Origin: Bacteroidales bacterium
GTDB lineage: Bacteria > Bacteroidota > Bacteroidia > Bacteroidales > JAQUTK01
Assembly (NCBI GenBank): GCA_963677415.2
Contig: CAXXFJ010000033.1
Coordinates: 24,115 to 88,114, forward strand
Length of the DNA stretch: 64,000 nt
Direction: 5' to 3'
The notes beneath the pieces were generated by a model, which searched no databases, was not told where the DNA came from, and was given only the letters and a program-made list of their open reading frames with translations. Of the stretch, positions 53,421 to 61,015 are shown piece by piece (the stretch's first letter is position 1; every line of letters begins with the position of its first letter). Both the position numbers and the translations under genes were made by a program.

Positions 53421-54440
53421 ATGACAACAAAAATCATGAATAAGTTCATCAATGAACCAGCAAATATTACAGCAGAGTTACTGGAAGGTTATGTAATGGC
53501 GTATCGCGACATAGTAACTCTTGATGGTGAAAACACCGTAGTGCGTGTGCATGCAAAATCGCAGGACAAAGTGGCCATCGTAACATTAGGCGGTGCCGGT
53601 CACGAACCTGCATTAAGCGGTTTTGTCGGCGAAGGAATGCTGGATTGTTCGGTGGTTGGCGACGTATTTGCAGCACCCGGTGCACAGCGTTTATATCAGG
53701 CTTTGCTGAAATTTAAACGTGAAGCAGGCATTTTATTGGTGGTTTTGAACCATTCCGGCGATGTGATGAGTGCTAATATGGCTTGTCAGCTGGCAGAACG
53801 TGCGGGTATTAAAGTGAAGCAAATAGTTACACACGAAGATATCAGTGCCGGTTTGAATACACCGGATAGTGATCGTAGAGGATTGGCCGGTTGTATTCCA
53901 CTTTACAAGATTGTAGGTGCAGCTGCTGAGGATGGTAAATCGTTGGATGAGATTATTGAGATAGGTGAACGTTTCAATCAACAAATTGCAACGCTGGCTG
54001 TGGCAATGGGTTCTTGTACACATCCGCAAAACGGTGTTACGATCGCCCAGTTGGCTCCCGGTGAGATGGAAATCGGAATGGGACAACACGGTGAAGGTGG
54101 TGGCGGACGTCAGATGCTTATATCGGCTGATGATACGGCTGAGAAAATGGTGACGCAACTGATGGCTAAGATTCAACCCAAAGCCGGCGACAAAGTGCTG
54201 TTGTATATCAATGGAGTAGGAGCAACTACCATGATGGAAATGAATATCATTTTCCGCAAAGCATGTCAGGTGTTGGAAGCAACCGGAGCAAGTGTGGTGG
54301 AAAGCCGTATCGGCGAGATGCTGACTGTGCAGGAATCTGCCGGTTTTCAGATGTTGTTGGCTAAACTGGATGCTGATCACGTTGAACTGTTGAAAGATAG
54401 AAAAGCAAATTCACCTTTTTGGATAACCATTGGCAAATAA
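53421..54440 (+). CDS. dhaK: Dihydroxyacetone kinase, DhaK (substrate-binding) subunit
   Basis: 339 aa. 'TLGGAGHEPALSGFVGEGMLDCSVVGDVFAAP' is the canonical DhaK motif. Confidence 0.9.
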   Translation: MTTKIMNKFINEPANITAELLEGYVMAYRDIVTLDGENTVVRVHAKSQDKVAIVTLGGAGHEPALSGFVGEGMLDCSVVGDVFAAPGAQRLYQALLKFKREAGILLVVLNHSGDVMSANMACQLAERAGIKVKQIVTHEDISAGLNTPDSDRRGLAGCIPLYKIVGAAAEDGKSLDEIIEIGERFNQQIATLAVAMGSCTHPQNGVTIAQLAPGEMEIGMGQHGEGGGGRQMLISADDTAEKMVTQLMAKIQPKAGDKVLLYINGVGATTMMEMNIIFRKACQVLEATGASVVESRIGEMLTVQESAGFQMLLAKLDADHVELLKDRKANSPFWITIGK

Positions 54441-54443
54441 GTG

Positions 54444-55079
54444 ATGGAAAAGCTGACAATTGATGATTTCAAAAGAATGATTGCCGTGGCTCTGGATCAT
54501 ATAACAGCCCGTTCGGATGAGTTTTCGGCTCTGGATGCTGTTATTGGTGACGGCGATCATGGCACGGCAATCGTTCAGGCATTAAAAGCGGTTACAGAAG
54601 CAGCCGATAGAGGTGTAGAGTTCAAAGCTATGCTTGACGATGTGGGTTTTAATGTGATGATGCAAACAAGTGGTTCGACCAGCACATTGCTCGGTGGTTT
54701 CTTCCTCGGAATGAGCGATTCCGTAACAGGTACCGAACTCACATCAGCCGAAGTGGTGGCGATGTTTCGTGGTGCTTTAGAGGGCGTGAAGAAACAAACA
54801 AAAGCTTTAAAAGGGGATAAAACTATGATGGATGCGTTGATTCCTGCTATCGAAGCAATGGAAGCTTGTACGTCAACTGATATTAAGAAAATAATGCGTG
54901 CCGGTGCTGATGCTGCTTTGCAAGGTGCATCTGAAACGATACAAATGAAAGCCAATTTTGGCCGTGCCCGTAATTATGGCGAAAAGTCAATAGGATATGC
55001 AGACTCAGGTGCTGCTTCATGGGCCTGTATGTTTGATTCATTTGCAACGGCATTAGAGACAAATGGAGTGGACAACTAA
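54444..55079 (+). CDS. dhaL: Dihydroxyacetone kinase, DhaL (nucleotide-binding) subunit
   Basis: The ATG lies 4 nt after the dhaK stop. The 'LDAVIGDGDHGTAI' motif is present. About 211 aa. Confidence 0.9.
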   Translation: MEKLTIDDFKRMIAVALDHITARSDEFSALDAVIGDGDHGTAIVQALKAVTEAADRGVEFKAMLDDVGFNVMMQTSGSTSTLLGGFFLGMSDSVTGTELTSAEVVAMFRGALEGVKKQTKALKGDKTMMDALIPAIEAMEACTSTDIKKIMRAGADAALQGASETIQMKANFGRARNYGEKSIGYADSGAASWACMFDSFATALETNGVDN

Positions 55080-55128
55080 TGTCTCAACAAATAATTAGAG
55101 TAACTATTCATTTACAACTTTAGGAATA

Positions 55129-56001
55129 ATGGCAGATTTAGATGATTTAAGAGAAGGTAATAAATTTGGAATTGGACAGGCTGTTCAAAATCAATCGTTT
55201 CATATTAAGGGAGCAGACAATTTATCGTGGGGAAAGAAAGACCGTCTGACACGAATCTTTAATCCGAAGTCGGGAAGAACTGTCATGCTGGCTTTCGATC
55301 ATGGCTTTATTATGGGACCAACGTCGGGTGTGGAGAGAATCGACATAACAATTGCTCCATTGATGGAATATGCTGACTGCTTGATGTGTACACGAGGTAT
55401 TTTGCAATCATCGGTACCAGCCAATACCAACAAACCAATTTGCTTGCGTTCAGATGCCGGCACTACCATCCTGACTGAATTAAACGATAATGTAGTCATT
55501 GATGTTGAAGATGCTATTCGCCTGAATGTATCTGCTATGGCTGTGATGCTGGCCATTGGTGATCCTGAGATGGAAGCTAAAACCATTGCCAATCTATTTA
55601 GAGCTGTTGATTCAGGCTCAAGATATGGTATTCCGGTCATGGGTGTTACCGCAGTGGGAAAAGATATGGCTCGTGATGCACGTTACTTTGGTTTGGCGTC
55701 ACGTGTTTGTGCTGAGAATGGAGCCAATATCGTGAAGACATATTACTGCGAGGGTTTTGAGAATGTCGTGGCTTGCTGTCCGGTGCCTATTGTAATAGCA
55801 GGTGGTAAGAAGTTGCCGGAAAGAGATGCATTGGAGCTGTGCTATAAGGCTATCAATGATGGTGCAGCCGGTGTAGATATGGGGCGCAATGTGTTTCAAT
55901 CTGAAGATCCGATAGCGATGATTCAGGCTGTTCATGCGTTGGTGCACGAGAATTTGTCTGTTGATCAGGCTTTTCAGATGTTTAATGATTTGAAGAAATA
56001 A
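55129..56001 (+). CDS. lsrF: LsrF-type class I aldolase-fold enzyme (3-hydroxy-5-phosphonooxypentane-2,4-dione thiolase-like)
   Basis: 290 aa. 'MADLDDL..G', 'RIFNPKSGRTVMLAFDHGF..GPTSGVERIDITIAPL..YADCLMCTRGIL', 'IVKTYY' (Schiff-base Lys) and 'CPVPIVIAGGKKLPERDALE' track my recollection of E. coli LsrF along the whole length. Confidence 0.75.
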   Translation: MADLDDLREGNKFGIGQAVQNQSFHIKGADNLSWGKKDRLTRIFNPKSGRTVMLAFDHGFIMGPTSGVERIDITIAPLMEYADCLMCTRGILQSSVPANTNKPICLRSDAGTTILTELNDNVVIDVEDAIRLNVSAMAVMLAIGDPEMEAKTIANLFRAVDSGSRYGIPVMGVTAVGKDMARDARYFGLASRVCAENGANIVKTYYCEGFENVVACCPVPIVIAGGKKLPERDALELCYKAINDGAAGVDMGRNVFQSEDPIAMIQAVHALVHENLSVDQAFQMFNDLKK

Positions 56002-56002
56002 G

Positions 56003-56923
56003 ATGAAAATGAGATTGCTCCTTGTTTGCTTTGCATTGTTTGGCTTAAATGCTGCTCAATCGGCAGAAACCTATCTTTTAATAGCAGGATCGGGTACTAA
56101 AGACGTGTCCATCTTTCAAAAATCGACGAAGAAGATCATTTGGAGTCATGATCTTGAAGCGGGTCAGGAATGCAACAGTGTTGCCATGAACAAGAAGGGT
56201 GAGGTTCTGTATTCTTATAAACAAGGAGCCAAACTCATCTCACTCGATCATAAAGTGATCTGGGATTATACCTGTTCTGAAGGATCAGAGTTGCAGTTAG
56301 CATCGGTTTTACCGGATGGTGGATACTTACTTGGTATTTGTGGCCACCCGGCAAAAATAGTGGAGTTGGATAAATACGGAGTGGTTCGGAAAGAACTTTC
56401 TATAAATATCAATGTTCAAGCTCCGCATCAACAGTTTCGTAGAATCTCAAAAGCTAAAAACGGAAACTATATTCTTCCAATCTTAGAAACCAATGAGATT
56501 CTGGAAATTGACAAGAACGGGAAAGAGATAAACCGGTTGAATGTGGCTGCCGGCTGTTTTGCAGCCCTGGAACTGAAAGATGGTAATTTACTCGCTTCTG
56601 GTGGTGATTCACATCAATTTATGACAGTAAACCGACAAACAGGTGAGATATCAGGTCGTGTGACTCAGAATGATATTGAAGGTGTTTCTTTGCTGTATGT
56701 TGCTCAAATAAGGGTACTTGATAATGGCAATCTATTACTATGCAACTGGCAGGGACACAATCGTGAGGCTGGTGTAGATGAACCTCAACTTGTCGAAATA
56801 GATCGGGAGAATAAGGTCGTGTGGTCATTGAATGATAAAAAGAGTTTCGACAAAATCTCATCTGTTTTCATCATTTCTCCCGATAAATCATTTACTATTT
56901 TCCTCAAAAAACTTAATCGCTGA
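56003..56923 (+). CDS. Exported beta-propeller protein (PQQ/BamB-like repeats), unknown function
   Basis: 306 aa that starts 2 nt after the lsrF-like stop. It has a signal peptide and repeated 'G.(V/I)LW' type blades. Confidence 0.5.
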   Translation: MKMRLLLVCFALFGLNAAQSAETYLLIAGSGTKDVSIFQKSTKKIIWSHDLEAGQECNSVAMNKKGEVLYSYKQGAKLISLDHKVIWDYTCSEGSELQLASVLPDGGYLLGICGHPAKIVELDKYGVVRKELSININVQAPHQQFRRISKAKNGNYILPILETNEILEIDKNGKEINRLNVAAGCFAALELKDGNLLASGGDSHQFMTVNRQTGEISGRVTQNDIEGVSLLYVAQIRVLDNGNLLLCNWQGHNREAGVDEPQLVEIDRENKVVWSLNDKKSFDKISSVFIISPDKSFTIFLKKLNR

Positions 56924-56928
56924 TATCA

Positions 56929-59055
56929 ATGAAAAAAATCAACTTATTACTGGTAATTGCACTCATCGGTGGTCAAGCACTGATGGCTCTACCAACAAAG
57001 AAAATAGTTGCTTCCACTTGGACCAGTGCTGCGGCAGCTTATAAAGTGGAACTTCTTGCAAAGCAAAAGGCTGTAGGGTTTCCAATAGAATCGGGCGAAG
57101 TAAAGAAAGGTGAGTTAAAGAAGATTACAGCCAAAGTCGCTAATCTGGATTATATCGTACTGGTTGTCACCGCTAAGAAAGGTGAGAAGAAATGCAATGA
57201 TGCCATTTGGGTCAACGCCAAAGTCTATGAAAAAGATGGAAAAGCGATTAATATCAGTGACTTGAAAATTAGTGGCCAAGCAAAACTGAATCAAAATTCC
57301 GGCGAAAAAGAAGTTGTGATTAATAAAAACAAAGTCAGCAACTCGATTTTGTCAAGTACCAGTAAGTATATATATATTCCCTTGGATAAGAAGTATGTAC
57401 GCTTTGAATCTGAGATTGGTATAGATGACAATAGTAAAGATAGTACTGCCATTTTCAGAATTCAGAGCGAGAGTGGTCAGAAAGAATTCAACGAACTGTC
57501 TGAACGTTTTCCGGAAGATTGTAATGCTTTTTTTCCTCTTTGTCCGACTACAGGCCAGTGTTGGTTGTCAAATGGTACGGCAAATGAGGATGAGGTAATT
57601 ATAAAAGAACTTCTCAACCGGTTAAAAGAAAAAGTATATTTTAATGATGAATTGACCAAGATCGCCAGCCTTCCGGCAGCAAAACAAACAGAGGCTTATT
57701 TGTCACTTTTCAAAGATCTGTCAGATGTAATAAAGATTCAGTCTGAGGTGGACTGGATAAATATCGAATCCATTCAATTGGCTTTCGATGATATGAAGAA
57801 GAATGCATCGTTTAATGCCGCTGTCAATCAGGAAAAGTTAAACCAACTCAGCTCGTTGGTGAAAGCTGGTTTCGAGGGTCTTTGCATGAATAATAAGGAC
57901 GCTATTGCCCATGCAAGCAAAGCCATTGCACTTAAAAAAGAGATTCTGTTAGCCAATCCTTTGTTTGATATGGATAAGATCATTGTAGGAAAATATAAAG
58001 TAGGATACAATGCGCGATCGGTGAATGTTTCTTCATTAGGCACAGAGCCTGCCAACTGGAGCTGCTTAATGTCTGCCAATAGGAAAGGCTTTAAAGCCGA
58101 GATTGCTGAACTTTCCAATTTACGTGGGGAATTGCGCTCAACCACCCTCTTCAAAGCACAAAACAACTCCTCCCTTCCGCATATTCGCTTAAACTGGAAT
58201 GCGGATCATATTTTGTTTACCATGTCAAATGCAGATGGCTTGTGGCAGGTTTATGAAGTGGATATGGAGGGTAAAAATCTCCGCCAGGTAATCAAATCAA
58301 CAGAACCGGATCTGGAGTTCTTTGATGCGACTTATCTGCCCAATGGCAAAATTATAGCTGTGTCCAATATAGGATATTTAGGAGTACCTTGTGTAGATGG
58401 TAGTGATATTGCAGGGAACATGGTGTTATATGATCAAAATACGGATGATCTTCGCCGTATCACTTTTGATCAGGAAAGCAATTGGGGACCTATCGTAATG
58501 AACAACGGCCGTGTCATGTACACACGTTGGGAATATACCGATCTGACTCACTATTTTTCGCGTATTGTGATGCATATGAATCCTGATGGAACCGAGCAAA
58601 AAGCCTTGTACGGAAGCGGTTCGTATTTCCCCAATAGTACATTTGATATCAAACCACTGCCAGGCAACGGAACTCGTTTTGTTGGAATTATTTCAGGCCA
58701 TCACGGTGTAGTTCGTGCGGGTCGTATGCTGATTTTCGATCCATCAATTGCTCGGAAAAATGCAGATGGGATTGTTCATGAATTCCCTTATCGCAACCGT
58801 AAAGTGGTGCCAATCATTAAGGATGAATTAGTGAATGGTGTATGGCCACAATTTATTAAGCCGTATCCATTGAATGAAAATTATTATCTTGTTACTGCAA
58901 AGCTGACTCCGGATGGTTTATGGGGGATATATTTGGTGGATACATTTGATAACCTTACCCTGTTGAAAGAAGCGGAAGGAGAAGGCTATATTCATGCTAC
59001 CCCGGTAACAAAAACAGCTGTACCTCCAATAATCCCGGATAAAATCAAACTTTAA
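56929..59055 (+). CDS. Exported NPCBM-like domain + helical region + TolB/hydrazine-synthase-alpha-like beta-propeller protein
   Basis: 708 aa with a signal peptide. 'KYIYIPLDKKYVRFESEIGIDDNSKDSTAIFRI' is NPCBM-like. The propeller segment is 'GRVMYTRWEYTDLTHYFSRIVMHMNPDGTEQKALYG'. Confidence 0.5.
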   Translation: MKKINLLLVIALIGGQALMALPTKKIVASTWTSAAAAYKVELLAKQKAVGFPIESGEVKKGELKKITAKVANLDYIVLVVTAKKGEKKCNDAIWVNAKVYEKDGKAINISDLKISGQAKLNQNSGEKEVVINKNKVSNSILSSTSKYIYIPLDKKYVRFESEIGIDDNSKDSTAIFRIQSESGQKEFNELSERFPEDCNAFFPLCPTTGQCWLSNGTANEDEVIIKELLNRLKEKVYFNDELTKIASLPAAKQTEAYLSLFKDLSDVIKIQSEVDWINIESIQLAFDDMKKNASFNAAVNQEKLNQLSSLVKAGFEGLCMNNKDAIAHASKAIALKKEILLANPLFDMDKIIVGKYKVGYNARSVNVSSLGTEPANWSCLMSANRKGFKAEIAELSNLRGELRSTTLFKAQNNSSLPHIRLNWNADHILFTMSNADGLWQVYEVDMEGKNLRQVIKSTEPDLEFFDATYLPNGKIIAVSNIGYLGVPCVDGSDIAGNMVLYDQNTDDLRRITFDQESNWGPIVMNNGRVMYTRWEYTDLTHYFSRIVMHMNPDGTEQKALYGSGSYFPNSTFDIKPLPGNGTRFVGIISGHHGVVRAGRMLIFDPSIARKNADGIVHEFPYRNRKVVPIIKDELVNGVWPQFIKPYPLNENYYLVTAKLTPDGLWGIYLVDTFDNLTLLKEAEGEGYIHATPVTKTAVPPIIPDKIKL

Positions 59056-59075
59056 TACACACAAACTTATTGATC

Positions 59076-60980
59076 ATGTTTAAAATAAGACTTCTGTTCA
59101 TTGCATGTATAACTTCGCAATTTCTTTCTGCTCAAGGAGAGAAAGAACGTGCCAAAAATGCTGTCGTATTTATCCAGGATATTTACGAAGGTGAAGGCTT
59201 GAAAGGTGTACCTCGAGGAACAGTCAAAGCCATACGCATATTGAATTACGAGTTTGCATATATAAAATCACCCTCTAACAATAATGCTCAAGGTGTTCAA
59301 AGTGGTTGGGATATTAAGCGCTCATTAGGCGAAGTGCCTGTTGAAGCAGATGGATCCGTTCTGTTTAATGTTCCATCGAATACGCCAATTTCATTTCAAC
59401 CGCTTGATGCTGAAGGTAGAGCTCTTCAATTAATGCGTAGCTGGACAACCGGAATGCCGGGAGAAGTGATCTCTTGTACCGGTTGTCATGAAAATCAAAA
59501 CCAGATACCAATGCCTAAGCGTTCCATTGCTTCAGGTAAAGCTCCTTCTTCATTGATCAAACCAGTGGGTGGGGTACGACCATTTACATTTGAAATGGAA
59601 GTGCAGCCTGTGCTCGACCGTGCTTGTATTGCTTGTCATAATGGAAATGGTACTATCTCAGATCTTACAGGTGGTCGTTTTGATGAATCGACTAAGTATG
59701 GCAAAAGTTACCTTAATCTTCATCCCTATGTTTTTCGTCAAGGTCCCGAAGCTGAAATGGAAGTGCTGAATCCGTATGAATATCATGCTTCTGTGAGTCC
59801 ACTGATCCAAATGCTGAAGAAGGGGCATCATAATGTGCAACTCACAGACAAAGAATGGCGTACTTTATATAACTGGATTGATTTTAATGCTCCTTTTAAC
59901 AGTACATTTCAGGCCGTTGATTATAAAGGTGTTGATCAAATCAAACGAAGGATGGAGCTGTATGATAAATATGGTGGAAATTCCAGTATCGATTGGCAAG
60001 GCGAGATCGTTGCTTATGCAGATTATCTGAAAAAGCAACCTAAAATTGTTCCAGTTAAACCAGTTGAGCTGGTTGCAAAATCAGTGAAAGAAGTGAAACT
60101 GAAAGGTTGGCCATTTGGTGTCGATGATGTAACCCGGATGTTGGCAAAAGAAAGGGAAACAAAAAAAACAATTGATCTTGGAGATAGTATAAAAATGAAC
60201 TTTGTTCGTATCCCTGCCGGAAAGTTTGTGATGGGTAAGAATGGAACTTCTGATTATTCACCGGCGAGTATTGCCAAAATTGATAAGGGATTTTGGATGG
60301 CAGAAATAGAGGTGAGCAACGAACAAATGCGTGCCATCTTACCAGAACACAATAGCCGTTTTATACAGCAACAATGGAAAGATCACGTCGGACCTGGATA
60401 TATTGCAAACAGTCCGAAACAACCTGCCATTCGTATGACATGGAACGAAGCCATGGATTATTGTAAAAAGCTAAGTGAGAAAACTGGTTTGAAGTGTACC
60501 TTGCCAACAGAAACACAATGGGAGTGGGCATGTAGAGCAGGATGTGAAACTGACTTTTGGTATGGAAATTTGAATACTAGTTTTGCTCCTTATGAAAATA
60601 TGGCAGATAAACAGCTAAATAAATTGGCAGTTAGTGGTGTTGATCCACAGCCTCAATCTGAAAATTGGTTTTGGTATAAATATTATACGTATCAACCCAA
60701 GGATAATACTGTCGACGATGGTTCATTCTTAACAGTGCAAGGTGCAAAATATCAGTCGAATGCTTTTGGGTTGTATGATATGCATGGAAATGTGTCTGAG
60801 TGGACTCGCTCCGATTATGTGCCCTATCCTTTGAAGAAGAATGCGACTAATGATCTGAAAGTAGTAAGAGGAGGTTCGTGGATTGATCCACCCAAGACTT
60901 CTACCAGTTATTTCCGTAAGTCTTTTTTGCCTTGGCAGAGTGTTCATAATGTAGGTTTCCGGGTGATTATTGAAGAGTAA
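59076..60980 (+). CDS. Exported protein with two c-type haem sites and a C-terminal FGE-sulfatase (SUMF1/EgtB-like) domain
   Basis: The ATG at 59076 gives the signal peptide MFKIRLLFIACITSQFLSAQ. CxxCH sites are CTGCH and CIACH. FGE-type motifs are 'WEWACRAG', 'GLYDMHGNVSEWT' and 'VVRGGSW'. Confidence 0.65.
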   Translation: MFKIRLLFIACITSQFLSAQGEKERAKNAVVFIQDIYEGEGLKGVPRGTVKAIRILNYEFAYIKSPSNNNAQGVQSGWDIKRSLGEVPVEADGSVLFNVPSNTPISFQPLDAEGRALQLMRSWTTGMPGEVISCTGCHENQNQIPMPKRSIASGKAPSSLIKPVGGVRPFTFEMEVQPVLDRACIACHNGNGTISDLTGGRFDESTKYGKSYLNLHPYVFRQGPEAEMEVLNPYEYHASVSPLIQMLKKGHHNVQLTDKEWRTLYNWIDFNAPFNSTFQAVDYKGVDQIKRRMELYDKYGGNSSIDWQGEIVAYADYLKKQPKIVPVKPVELVAKSVKEVKLKGWPFGVDDVTRMLAKERETKKTIDLGDSIKMNFVRIPAGKFVMGKNGTSDYSPASIAKIDKGFWMAEIEVSNEQMRAILPEHNSRFIQQQWKDHVGPGYIANSPKQPAIRMTWNEAMDYCKKLSEKTGLKCTLPTETQWEWACRAGCETDFWYGNLNTSFAPYENMADKQLNKLAVSGVDPQPQSENWFWYKYYTYQPKDNTVDDGSFLTVQGAKYQSNAFGLYDMHGNVSEWTRSDYVPYPLKKNATNDLKVVRGGSWIDPPKTSTSYFRKSFLPWQSVHNVGFRVIIEE

Positions 60981-61015
60981 ATCTAATAGTCTAATAACAT
61001 AAAGAATCTACCAAT

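Noticed and set aside
56929-60980. Interpretation as a hydrazine synthase (anammox) locus, or as one gene split by a frameshift.
   Set aside because: Only a domain-level resemblance to HzsA exists. There are no hzsB/hzsC-like partners and the host is Bacteroidota-like. The second ORF has its own signal peptide after a clean TAA stop and a 20-nt spacer, so two separate genes is the simpler reading.
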